Below are positions 19,065 to 28,945 of a DNA stretch of 64,000 nt, one piece after another. Every line of letters begins with the position of its first letter. The first letter of the stretch is position 1. A program made the translations under genes and the position numbers. This DNA comes from Bacteroidales bacterium (GTDB lineage: Bacteria > Bacteroidota > Bacteroidia > Bacteroidales > UBA10428): positions 231-64,230 of the forward strand of contig JAMIIA010000061.1 in the NCBI GenBank assembly GCA_035913795.1, in the 5' to 3' direction. The notes beneath the pieces were generated by a model, which saw only the letters and a list, made by a program, of their open reading frames with translations, had not been told where the DNA came from and did not search any database.

Positions 19065-20030
19065 TTATCGATCAGAACTTGCCAGTTCTATAATTTGGTT
19101 ATAGTCCGAGGGAGTCAGATCGTCGGCAAAAAAGTTAATGGGATTGATGGCAACTCCGTTCAAATGCACTTCGTAATGCAAGTGTGTTCCTGTTGAACGG
19201 CCTGTATTCCCCATTTTGCCAATAAGTTGTCCCCGCTTTATGACCTGACCCTGCTCTACAATAATATCACTCAAATGGGCATAAAGCGTCTTATAACCAT
19301 ATTTATGCGAAATTACGATTACTTTTCCAAATCCAGCAAGGGAAAATTCAGTTTTTTCTACTTCCCCGTCGGCAGTAGCAAATATTTCGGTGCCGTGCGT
19401 TCCAACAAAATCAACACCCTGATGGGCATGATTAAATCCGGTAAAAGGATCGTTTCGGTAGCCAAATGAGGAGCTAATCCAGACAAATTCAGCAGGTTTA
19501 ACAGGCTGAATTGCTGGTACATATTTAAGTTTATTGTTTAATGTGCTTGCTTCTTCCAGAATGGTTTCGTATGATTTTTTCTGAATGGTTACCTTGTTTT
19601 TCAGAGTCTTTGCGTTGGTGGTTATCTGAATAATTTGGCTTTTATGAGGGTCGAAGGTTAAACCATCGGGGTCAACGGAACCTCCAGTACCTGCAATTCG
19701 AATTTCAACCGGAATGGCATTAAGTTCGAGCAGCTGACGGTAAAAAGCATCGTTCTTGTAATGTTGAGTATGAAGCACATTTTGAAGACTGTCTATCTCT
19801 TTGTTTAAAACAATAAAGTCTTGCGAGTTGAGATGGAGCTTATACCGAAAGAAAGCTTCGATTGGTGAACCATGCAAAGAGATTATTAGAATAGAAAGAA
19901 TTGAGGCTATAATGCTGCTGAAGAATCCGAAGCGAAGAAGGGAGATAATTCTTTCCCTAAAGGATGATTTGTGATACTCAAAGCAGAGTGTCTCAGGGTT
20001 AAACTTGTATTTTCTTCGATTTAGAATCAA
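19065..20030 (-). CDS. M23 (LytM) family metallopeptidase, paralogue
   Basis: 321-aa ORF with the same architecture as its neighbour: TM, coiled coil, LytM domain with HQGVD and GNTGRSTGTHLHYEV. Separated from it by an 11-nt gap. Confidence 0.85.
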   Translation of the reverse strand: MILNRRKYKFNPETLCFEYHKSSFRERIISLLRFGFFSSIIASILSILIISLHGSPIEAFFRYKLHLNSQDFIVLNKEIDSLQNVLHTQHYKNDAFYRQLLELNAIPVEIRIAGTGGSVDPDGLTFDPHKSQIIQITTNAKTLKNKVTIQKKSYETILEEASTLNNKLKYVPAIQPVKPAEFVWISSSFGYRNDPFTGFNHAHQGVDFVGTHGTEIFATADGEVEKTEFSLAGFGKVIVISHKYGYKTLYAHLSDIIVEQGQVIKRGQLIGKMGNTGRSTGTHLHYEVHLNGVAINPINFFADDLTPSDYNQIIELASSDR

Positions 20031-20166
20031 TTGGTAATCAATTAATTTGAGCTTATTTTTTCAGCACGCGACAAATCTATGAGAAATAAATTATTTTTAC
20101 AACCTTTTTGCAAGGGGTAATTGTTAACAAGCCTTAAAATTTTATCAAATAAAATCTAAAACTTAA

Positions 20167-22785
20167 ATGAATTCGATAGAGATTCGTCAAAAATTCCTCG
20201 ATTTTTTCGCTTCGAAACAGCATAAAATTGTGCCTTCTGCCCCAATGGTAGTAAAAGACGATCCGACTTTGATGTTTACCAATGCCGGAATGAATCAGTT
20301 CAAGGATATTTTTCTCGAAAATACGATGGCAACCGATAAACGGGTAGCCAATACACAAAAATGTCTAAGGGTATCAGGCAAGCATAACGATCTGGAAGAA
20401 GTGGGACATGACACTTATCATCATACCATGTTCGAGATGCTGGGAAACTGGTCGTTTGGCGATTATTTTAAACAGGAAGCTATCACCTGGGCATGGGAAT
20501 TTCTGGTAGATATGATGGGAGTAGAAAAAGACAGACTATATGCCACGGTATTTGAGGGAGATAAAACGGATAACCTGGATTGGGATGAAGAAGCCAATAA
20601 TTTATGGCGTAAGTATCTGCCCGAAGAGCGTATTTTGAAAGGAAACAAGAAAGATAACTTTTGGGAAATGGGAGAAACAGGCCCCTGTGGCCCCTGCTCT
20701 GAAGTTCATGTCGATATACGTTCTGACCTGGAACGGAAGAAAACTCCTGGTCGCGATTTGGTCAATCAGGGTCATCCACAGGTAATTGAGATATGGAACC
20801 TTGTATTTATTCAGTTTAACAGAAAAGCCGATGGCAAACTTTACCCGTTGCCTAAGAAGCATGTCGACACAGGAATGGGTTTTGAACGTTTGTGCATGGT
20901 GCTTCAAGGGAAACAATCGAATTACGACACCGATATTTTTCTGACCATCATACGCCGAATAGCCGAACTAAGCGGCACAAGCTATGGGGCAAATGAAAAG
21001 TCAGATATTGCCATGCGTGTAGTAGCCGATCACCTTCGTGCGGTTGCCTTTTCCATTGCCGATGGTCAATTGCCTTCGAATGCCAAGGCTGGGTATGTGA
21101 TAAGACGTATTTTACGCAGAGCCATACGCTATAATTACACCTTTTTGAATCAAAAAGAACCGCTTATTTATCTTTTAGTAAAGGAGTTGGTAAAGGTGAT
21201 GGGCGACAATTTCACTGAGCTGACGAAACAGCAGGAGCTGATCGAGAAAGTAATACTCGACGAAGAAAAGGCTTTCCTGCGTACACTCGATGCTGGAATA
21301 AAACTACTCGATGCACTTATACTCGATGCCCAGAGGCAAGGCAAGCAAAACATCAGCGGGGCGAAGGCTTTTGAGCTTTACGACACCTATGGCTTTCCGC
21401 TTGACCTCACCCAGTTAATTTTGCGCGAGAAAGACCTGTTGGTTGATTTGGATACCTTCCACAGCGAAATGGCAGCTCAGAAAGATCGTAGTCGCAAAGC
21501 CTCTGAAAGCGATGCCACCGACTGGACAGTTTTAATTGACGACCAGGTGCAGGAGTTTATTGGCTACGACCATCTCGAAGCAGATGTATTTATTAGCCGG
21601 TATCGAAAAGTGAGTTCGAAAAGGGGAGAATTTTATCACCTTGTGTTTAATAAAACCCCTTTTTATGGCGAAAGCGGAGGGCAGGTTGGAGATAAGGGCT
21701 ATCTTGAAACAGGAGGCATTAAGATCCCTGTGATTGACACCATCAAGGAAAACAACCTGAGCATTCATCTTGTAAGCAGTCTGCCTGCCAAAATCAATGC
21801 CTCGCTACATGCGGTGGTCGATAAGGTGGCAAGACAGTCGACAGTGAACAATCATACCGCTACTCACCTCTTGCATTTGGCGCTTCGCACAGTGCTGGGT
21901 AAACACGTAGAACAAAAAGGTTCGATGGTGCATCCCGATTACTTGCGGTTTGATTTTTCGCATTTCGAAAAAATTTCGGAAGATCAGCTATTGCGCATCG
22001 AAGAAATTGTGAATGAAAAAATTAGGGAAAACGCTTTGGCCCAGATCCGGCAAGCCAGCTTCGATCAAGCGAAAAAGCTAGGAGCAATGGCTCTTTTTGG
22101 CGAAAAGTATGGCGATACCGTTCGTGTTGTTCAGTTTGGCGAATCAATAGAGCTTTGCGGGGGTACACATGCCGAATCAACCGGCAACATTGGATTTTTT
22201 AAAATTACCTCTGAAACCTCTATCGCTGCGGGCATTCGCCGTATCGAAGCGGTAAGTGCAAGTAAGGCAATGGAATATATACACAATCGTCTTCATTTAC
22301 TCGATCAGGCAGTGCAAACTTCAGGTGGTGCGTTAAACAGTCTTGTACAGACAATTCAATCGCTTCAGCAACAGAATACCGAAATGCGCAAGAAGATTGA
22401 TGAAATTAACCGACAAGAGGCCAAAAGATTAAAATCGACGCTTATTGCATCTGCACGAACTTCAGGTGATTTAAAATTGATTACTGCCAAAGTGGAAGTG
22501 GACGATGCTTCTGTGTTGAAGGATCTATCGTTTCAGATAAAATCGGAACTCGAAAATGTAGTGTTGGTATTGGGTGCTGTAATTGACTCTAAAGCATTTT
22601 TAGCAGTAGCCATTTCGGATGCCGTGATAAAGAATAAAAACTTCAACGCCGGAAACCTCGTGCGTGATTTAGCCAGAGACATTGATGGTGGCGGAGGTGG
22701 GCAGGCCTTTTATGCTACAGCTGGCGGAAAGAGGCCGGAAGGCCTCGAAAAGGCTCTTGCCCGCGCAGAAGCTCTTTTGGTTTAG
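20167..22785 (+). CDS. alaS: Alanine--tRNA ligase
   Basis: 872-aa ORF. Class II AlaRS motifs ([33 protein letters not shown]). Editing-domain HTATHLLH and CGGTH. C-terminal DHHA1-like GGGGQ. Confidence 0.97.
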   Translation: MNSIEIRQKFLDFFASKQHKIVPSAPMVVKDDPTLMFTNAGMNQFKDIFLENTMATDKRVANTQKCLRVSGKHNDLEEVGHDTYHHTMFEMLGNWSFGDYFKQEAITWAWEFLVDMMGVEKDRLYATVFEGDKTDNLDWDEEANNLWRKYLPEERILKGNKKDNFWEMGETGPCGPCSEVHVDIRSDLERKKTPGRDLVNQGHPQVIEIWNLVFIQFNRKADGKLYPLPKKHVDTGMGFERLCMVLQGKQSNYDTDIFLTIIRRIAELSGTSYGANEKSDIAMRVVADHLRAVAFSIADGQLPSNAKAGYVIRRILRRAIRYNYTFLNQKEPLIYLLVKELVKVMGDNFTELTKQQELIEKVILDEEKAFLRTLDAGIKLLDALILDAQRQGKQNISGAKAFELYDTYGFPLDLTQLILREKDLLVDLDTFHSEMAAQKDRSRKASESDATDWTVLIDDQVQEFIGYDHLEADVFISRYRKVSSKRGEFYHLVFNKTPFYGESGGQVGDKGYLETGGIKIPVIDTIKENNLSIHLVSSLPAKINASLHAVVDKVARQSTVNNHTATHLLHLALRTVLGKHVEQKGSMVHPDYLRFDFSHFEKISEDQLLRIEEIVNEKIRENALAQIRQASFDQAKKLGAMALFGEKYGDTVRVVQFGESIELCGGTHAESTGNIGFFKITSETSIAAGIRRIEAVSASKAMEYIHNRLHLLDQAVQTSGGALNSLVQTIQSLQQQNTEMRKKIDEINRQEAKRLKSTLIASARTSGDLKLITAKVEVDDASVLKDLSFQIKSELENVVLVLGAVIDSKAFLAVAISDAVIKNKNFNAGNLVRDLARDIDGGGGGQAFYATAGGKRPEGLEKALARAEALLV

Positions 22786-22807
22786 ATTTTTCTTGAATGC
22801 CATGAAA

Positions 22808-22843
22808 ACTGCCCAGAATATTTGTTTTCTGGGCAGTTTTTTT
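22808..22843 (+). terminator. Rho-independent terminator of alaS
   Basis: 11-bp stem ACTGCCCAGAA/TTCTGGGCAGT (22808-22818 pairs with 22827-22837), followed by a T-run to 22843. It begins 23 nt after the alaS stop. Confidence 0.75.
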
Positions 22844-22952
22844 ATGCCTATGAGACTAAAAAGGCTGAAGATTCTCATTATCTGCTGGCTTATTTTTATA
22901 TTTATTTGTTATTATTATGCTTACTCATTTAATTGCCACAAATACTACAACA

Positions 22953-25094
22953 ATGAAAACGAACTTCTTTTATTCATTTATGCTGTTTCTTATGCTAGTT
23001 TCCTGTAAAAGTGAAAAATTCCCAGCTATTTCAGTAGAGTATCCATCCACCGAAAAAATTCCGGTAGCCGACACATTTTTTGGCACCGAAGTAGTGGATA
23101 ATTATCGCTGGCTCGAAGACGACCTTGCGCCAGAAACCATGCAGTGGGTTATTAAACAAAATGAGCTTACTTTTTCGTACCTCGAGAAGATACCTTTTCG
23201 GGAAGACTTAAGGACACAGCTCGATGCGCTCATTAATTTTGAGCGTTATTCTACCCCTGTTGAGAAGAACCAGACAATTTACTATTTTAAAAACAGCGGT
23301 TTGCAGAATCATTCGGTGCTTTATGCCATCGACAAGCAGACAGGCGAAGAGAAGATGCTATTAGATCCCAATACTTTTTCGGCCGATGGTACTACCTCTC
23401 TTAGTGAGACCTCTTTTTCGAAAAGCGGAAAATACCTGGCCTACTCGATTTCGGAGGGTGGTTCGGATTGGCGAAAAATTGTGGTTATCGATGCAGCAAG
23501 TCTCGAACAAGTAGGAGATACCATTGTCGATGCCAAGTTTACTTCTATTGTATGGAATCAGGACGAAGGCTTTTTCTATTCGAGTTACGATAAACCGAAA
23601 GGTTCTGAATTATCGGCTATGACCGACATGCACAAAGTGTATTACCATCAGTTGGGCAGTTCTCAAAAAACAGATAAACTCATCTTTGGAAGCCAGGAGC
23701 AGAAGAGAAGGTACACTGGTGTAGCTGCCTTTAAAAACAGCGATTACTTATTTCTGTCTGCAGCCGAGAGTACTTCTGGCAATGAACTGTATCTTAAAAA
23801 AGGGTTGACTTCGGGAAATAAATTTCAACCCATCGTGAGCAATTTTGAGAATGATTTTTCGGTCATCTATGCCAGTGGCAACGAGGTTTATTTATATACC
23901 AACTACAAAGCCAACAACAAGCGGGTAGTAAAACTCGATGCTGAAAAATCGATACTCGATAGCATCATAGACATTATCCCGGAAAGAGAAGAACCCATTG
24001 AATCGGTAAGCTTTGCTGGCGGATACTTTTTTGTGCAGTACCTGAAAGATGCCTCGAGTTTTGTTCAGCAATACGATCTCAAAGGCACCTTAATCCGTGC
24101 CATCGAACTTCCTGGTATAGGTTCAGTTTCAGGTTTTGAAGGGGAAGAAGATCAGGCCGAAGTGTTTTATTCTTTCGAATCTTTTACTACACCAGTTACC
24201 ATCTATAAGTTGGATGTGAATACCGGAAAATCAGAACTTTACCGACAACCTTCGCTTAGCAGCGATGTGACACAATATGAAACAAGGCAGATTTTCTTTA
24301 CCAGTAAAGATGGAAGCCGTATTCCGATGTTTATTGTAGCCCGTAAAGGAATTAAACTTGATGGAAGCAACCCCACTTTGCTTTATGGATATGGGGGATT
24401 TAATATCAGCCTGTCGCCCTATTTTTCAGTGCGTTCCCTTGCCTGGCTTGAAATGGGAGGTGTTTTTGCTCTGGCGAATATCCGTGGTGGTGGAGAGTAT
24501 GGCGAAGAGTGGCATAAGGCAGGAATGCAATTGAATAAGCAAAATGTATTCGACGATTTTATTGCAGCAGCCGAATATTTGCAGCAGGAAAAATATACTT
24601 CTCCGGAGAAGCTCGCCATCATGGGAGGGTCTAATGGAGGTTTATTGGTAGGAGCTGTGATGACTCAGCGTCCCGAGCTCTTTAGGGTTGCCCTGCCCGC
24701 AGTTGGTGTGCTGGACATGCTTCGCTACCATAAATTTACTGCAGGGGCAGGGTGGATCAGCGATTATGGATGCGCCGACAGCAGCAAAGCTATTTTCGAA
24801 TACCTTTATGCCTATTCACCCGTTCACAACATAAAGGAAAATAGAGCCTACCCGGCTACGCTTGTAACTACCGGCGACCATGACGACCGCGTTGTACCAG
24901 CACATTCCTATAAATTCATTGTGGGTTTACAGGAAAAGCAGGCCGGTGATTTGCCGGTTTTAATCCGCATTGACACAAAAGGTGGGCACGGAGCAGGAAA
25001 ATCGACTGCGATGGCACTCGACGAGTTGGCTGATCAGTTTGTTTTTGCCTTTTACAATATGAACGAAACACCTGCAAACTACCACGATAAATAA
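22953..25094 (+). CDS. Prolyl oligopeptidase (S9A family), lipoprotein
   Basis: ORF open from 22917. The likely start is MKTNFF at 22953, which gives a signal peptide with lipobox LVSC. POP N-terminal motif DNYRWLED. Catalytic triad context GGSNGGLLVG, TGDHDDRV, GGHGAG. Confidence 0.9.
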   Translation: MKTNFFYSFMLFLMLVSCKSEKFPAISVEYPSTEKIPVADTFFGTEVVDNYRWLEDDLAPETMQWVIKQNELTFSYLEKIPFREDLRTQLDALINFERYSTPVEKNQTIYYFKNSGLQNHSVLYAIDKQTGEEKMLLDPNTFSADGTTSLSETSFSKSGKYLAYSISEGGSDWRKIVVIDAASLEQVGDTIVDAKFTSIVWNQDEGFFYSSYDKPKGSELSAMTDMHKVYYHQLGSSQKTDKLIFGSQEQKRRYTGVAAFKNSDYLFLSAAESTSGNELYLKKGLTSGNKFQPIVSNFENDFSVIYASGNEVYLYTNYKANNKRVVKLDAEKSILDSIIDIIPEREEPIESVSFAGGYFFVQYLKDASSFVQQYDLKGTLIRAIELPGIGSVSGFEGEEDQAEVFYSFESFTTPVTIYKLDVNTGKSELYRQPSLSSDVTQYETRQIFFTSKDGSRIPMFIVARKGIKLDGSNPTLLYGYGGFNISLSPYFSVRSLAWLEMGGVFALANIRGGGEYGEEWHKAGMQLNKQNVFDDFIAAAEYLQQEKYTSPEKLAIMGGSNGGLLVGAVMTQRPELFRVALPAVGVLDMLRYHKFTAGAGWISDYGCADSSKAIFEYLYAYSPVHNIKENRAYPATLVTTGDHDDRVVPAHSYKFIVGLQEKQAGDLPVLIRIDTKGGHGAGKSTAMALDELADQFVFAFYNMNETPANYHDK

Positions 25095-25151
25095 TTGTTA
25101 GAAGCTAACCGGGTGCTAATTACCGGACCATGGTTCAGATGAAGAAAAAAA

Positions 25152-26948
25152 ATGGTTATCGAAAGCAATACTGACATACGGTTTACCTTCGACATACCAC
25201 GGTATTGTGCACAACATTACGGTGAGAGCCCCATTTTTTATTTAAAGACAGGTAAAAAGTGGCAAGCAATTAGCTGCAAAGATTTTGAAGCTACAGTCAA
25301 TATGCTTGCTCTTGGACTCCTTTCAATGGGAATTGAGAAGCAAGAGAATGTAGCCACTATTTTTAGTTACAATTGTCCTCAGTGGAATTTTCTCGACATG
25401 GCGCTCTCTCGTATTGGAGCAGTGCACATACCGGTGTATCCGAACAACAGCGACAGCGACTACTTGTATATTCTCAAACAGGCTGGAGTAAGGTACGTAT
25501 TTGCATCGGACCAGGTTATTTATAATAAAATGGCCCGACTTCAAAAAGAGATAAAAAACCTTGAAAAGGTAATAACCATTGAGCCGCTTCCCTTTACCGA
25601 TAACCTCGACGAGATTATTCAATGGGGTTTGAGCTCCAGCAGAAATACCAGGGCTGTGCTTGCTGAAAGGATGAGCAGCATCTCTCCAGAGGACGTGGTA
25701 AGCATTATTTATACTTCAGGTAGCACCGGAATGCCCAAAGGGGTGATGCTCACACATTCGAATATTGTCAGCAGCATGTTTGCAGCAGCGGCTATTCAGC
25801 CACTAGGGAAAGGACACAAAGTGATTAGTTTTTTGCCCTTGTGCCATATTTATGAGCGCACCGCCAATTATCAGTTTCAGATTAAAGGTGCTCAACTTTA
25901 TTATGTTGAAACCTTAAAGTCATTGACCAGTAATTTGCGTGAAATAAAACCCCATGGCATTACTGTGGTGCCGCGTGTGCTGGAGAAGGTAATTAAAATG
26001 GCCCTGGTAAATGCCCGCCAGAGTAACCTACTCGTGCGCATGCTGGTTCGTTGGGCTATTCGTTTTGGTTTTAGGTACAGGCCCTTCCGCACCCGAATCA
26101 GGCTTGGAGAAAGAGCCAGACATAAACTAGCAGACCTGCTACTATTTGGAAAAGTGCGAAGTAGTTTTGGGGGACGAATTCAATATATAGGCTGCGGGGG
26201 TGCCCCAATGAATCCAAAGGTGGAACGATTCTTTTGGGCAGCTCATATTCCTGTTTTTCAGGGATATGGACTCACTGAATGCGCCCCCCTTGTGGCGCTT
26301 AATTTTCCGGGAAAAGAAAATACGTGCATCGGAACAGTTGGCAAGGTGGTGGAAAGTGTTGAAGTTAAGCTTGCCCCTGACGGAGAAATACTTTGCAAGG
26401 GACCAAATGTCATGAAGGGTTATTACAAGCAACCTGATTTAACAGAACAATCCTTGGTTGATGGGTGGTTATACACCGGCGATATCGGAACATTTGTGCA
26501 GGGTGAATTTCTGAAAATTACAGGCCGCAAAAAGCAGATGTTTAAAACCTCTTATGGGAAATATGTTGTGCCCCAGGCGATTGAAAATCGTTTTATGGGT
26601 TCAGAGCTAATCGATTACCTGATTGTGGTAGGAGAGGGCCACCATTGTGCCGCTGCAGTAATATCGCCCAACTTTACCTATATCAGAAAAATTTTCAATA
26701 AAACAGAGAAGCTTTCGAATGCAAGACTGATTGAACAAGCCTTGGTTAAAGATGCTATTGAGAAACAAATAGAAGAAGTAAACAAGGAATTAGGTAAAGG
26801 CGAGCGGATTCAAAAATACCTGATTGTACCCGACGAATGGTCAGTTGAAACAGGCGAACTTTCACCAACGCTTAAAATAAAACGCAACATCATTCAAAAG
26901 AAGTATGCCAGAAAAATACAGGAACTATATAGTAAAGAATCGGTTTGA
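25152..26948 (+). CDS. Long-chain fatty acid--CoA ligase (ANL superfamily)
   Basis: 598-aa ORF. AMP-binding motifs YTSGSTGMPKGV, QGYGLTE, YTGDIG, GRKKQMFK. Size and C-terminal region are typical of bacterial LACS/FadD-like enzymes. Confidence 0.85.
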   Translation: MVIESNTDIRFTFDIPRYCAQHYGESPIFYLKTGKKWQAISCKDFEATVNMLALGLLSMGIEKQENVATIFSYNCPQWNFLDMALSRIGAVHIPVYPNNSDSDYLYILKQAGVRYVFASDQVIYNKMARLQKEIKNLEKVITIEPLPFTDNLDEIIQWGLSSSRNTRAVLAERMSSISPEDVVSIIYTSGSTGMPKGVMLTHSNIVSSMFAAAAIQPLGKGHKVISFLPLCHIYERTANYQFQIKGAQLYYVETLKSLTSNLREIKPHGITVVPRVLEKVIKMALVNARQSNLLVRMLVRWAIRFGFRYRPFRTRIRLGERARHKLADLLLFGKVRSSFGGRIQYIGCGGAPMNPKVERFFWAAHIPVFQGYGLTECAPLVALNFPGKENTCIGTVGKVVESVEVKLAPDGEILCKGPNVMKGYYKQPDLTEQSLVDGWLYTGDIGTFVQGEFLKITGRKKQMFKTSYGKYVVPQAIENRFMGSELIDYLIVVGEGHHCAAAVISPNFTYIRKIFNKTEKLSNARLIEQALVKDAIEKQIEEVNKELGKGERIQKYLIVPDEWSVETGELSPTLKIKRNIIQKKYARKIQELYSKESV

Positions 26949-26991
26949 TGCCTATTAAGGATCAATTTCACGAAAAATAAATATTGATATT

Positions 26992-28782
26992 ATGAATGCT
27001 ATCCGATTATTCGATTTGCTCGACCAATATGCAGGGGATTATTCCTATAAGGACGATGCCTTTGTAGCGAAAGAAAACGGTGAATGGGTAAAATACAGTT
27101 CAGCCGATTATGTGAAATATGCCTATAAGCTTAGTTATGGCTTATTGGCTTTAGGCATTAAGCCAGGAGAAAGCATAGCCACGGTGTCGAATAACCGCCC
27201 CGAATGGAACTTTCTGGACATGGCTATGCTCATGGCAGGCATTATTCATGTTCCCATATACCCCACCATTAGTCAGGACGATTTTGAATACATACTCAAC
27301 CATTGCCAACCTAGCCTGTTTTTCATTTCCGACCAGCAATTGTTTAAAAAGCTTCAACCTCTTGCTAACCAGGTGCAAACCATTCAGGATATCTATTCTT
27401 TCAATTTAATAGAGGGGGTTAAAAACTGGAAGGAAATTTTTCAGACTGGCACTGAACGGGAATCTGAATTTAAGCAACAGTTAGAAACGATTAAGAAATC
27501 CATAAAACCCGATGACCTGGCTACGATAATCTATACATCAGGTACAACCGGAAACCCTAAGGGGGTTATGTTAAGTCACAGAAATATTCTCTCAAATCTT
27601 AGTGGAATCGAACAGGTTTTCCCATTTAATCATGGCCAGCGCACCCTTAGCTTTTTGCCTATAAGCCATATTTTTGAGCGCACGATTAATTACCATTTTC
27701 AGAATTGCGGGTTGTCAGTATATTATGCCGAGAGCCTTGCAACCATTGCCAATAACTTGAAAGAGGTGAAGCCTCATGCTTTTATTGCTGTTCCCCGAGT
27801 GCTGGAAAGGGTTTACGACCGGATTATAGGAAAGGGGAAAGATTTGAAAGGTATTAAACGACAAATATTCTTTTGGGCTGTGAACCTCGGTTTACGTTTC
27901 GAGTTTGATCGAAAAAACAGCTGGTTTTATTATTTTAAATTGAAAATTGCCGACAGGTTAATTTTTAGTAAATGGCGCGAAGCCGTTGGTGGTAATTGCG
28001 AATTAATTGTGGTAGGGGGTGCCGCTATGCAACCCCGTCTGATTCGTGTATTCAATGCCGCTGGAATTCCTCTGGTGGAGGGCTATGGAATGACCGAAAC
28101 CTCGCCTGTTATTGCTGCAAATAATTTCCTTGCAGGCAAAGTAAACCCAGGCACAGTGGGACCGATTCTTCCGGGTGTGGAGGTGAAACTTCTTGACGAT
28201 GGCGAAATTATGACCCGGAGTGAATCTGTGATGCTTGGCTACTACAAAGATGAGGAACACACCCGCCAGGTGATAGAGCCAGATGGGTGGTTGCATACCG
28301 GCGACATTGGAACCTGGGTCGATACTATTTACCTCAAAATTACCGACCGTAAGAAAGAATTATTCAAGCTATCCAGTGGTAAATACATCTCTCCGCAAGC
28401 AATTGAAAACCGCTTCAAGGAATCGTTTTTTATTGAGCAGGTATTTGTTTTTGGCGAAAACCAAAAATTTGCCAGCGCACTCATTTCTCCGAATTTTCAG
28501 TTTCTGCACGACTGGAGTGCCCGTCATGGCGTGAAATTTCGCGATAACATGGAGTTAATCAATAATTCCGAAGTAGTAAAACGGTTTCAGCGCGAAGTGA
28601 CCCAAATAAACAAATCGCTTGGACAAACAGAGCAGATTAAGCGGTTTAGACTTGTGCACGAAGAATGGGCAACTGCTACTGGCGAACTCTCCCCTACACT
28701 CAAATTGCGACGAAGGTTTCTGGTAGAAAAGTATAAAACAATAATAGAAGAAATTTTTTCGGTCGATAACACTGGTAAATAA
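26992..28782 (+). CDS. Long-chain fatty acid--CoA ligase, tandem paralogue
   Basis: 596-aa ORF. YTSGTTGNPKGV, EGYGMTE, HTGDIG, DRKKELFK. Colinear with the upstream paralogue, roughly half of residues identical by eye. Confidence 0.85.
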   Translation: MNAIRLFDLLDQYAGDYSYKDDAFVAKENGEWVKYSSADYVKYAYKLSYGLLALGIKPGESIATVSNNRPEWNFLDMAMLMAGIIHVPIYPTISQDDFEYILNHCQPSLFFISDQQLFKKLQPLANQVQTIQDIYSFNLIEGVKNWKEIFQTGTERESEFKQQLETIKKSIKPDDLATIIYTSGTTGNPKGVMLSHRNILSNLSGIEQVFPFNHGQRTLSFLPISHIFERTINYHFQNCGLSVYYAESLATIANNLKEVKPHAFIAVPRVLERVYDRIIGKGKDLKGIKRQIFFWAVNLGLRFEFDRKNSWFYYFKLKIADRLIFSKWREAVGGNCELIVVGGAAMQPRLIRVFNAAGIPLVEGYGMTETSPVIAANNFLAGKVNPGTVGPILPGVEVKLLDDGEIMTRSESVMLGYYKDEEHTRQVIEPDGWLHTGDIGTWVDTIYLKITDRKKELFKLSSGKYISPQAIENRFKESFFIEQVFVFGENQKFASALISPNFQFLHDWSARHGVKFRDNMELINNSEVVKRFQREVTQINKSLGQTEQIKRFRLVHEEWATATGELSPTLKLRRRFLVEKYKTIIEEIFSVDNTGK

Positions 28783-28945
28783 ACTAACCTTGCCTTAGAC
28801 ATAATAAAATACCCTCTTTTTAGCTGTAGCGAAAGGTCTTTTTTGTTATTAACTTATTTCGGTTGCCAGATGAAAAGTGGTTAATTTTGGCTCCTGATAG
28901 TTGAATGCCCAGTTTAAACAACATCTGAACCAAATCACCTGCATT

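Noticed and set aside
22682-23008. A 108-aa ORF spanning the alaS 3' end, its terminator and the POP gene start.
   Set aside because: It overlaps two well-supported genes in other frames and contains the alaS terminator hairpin. It has no motifs.
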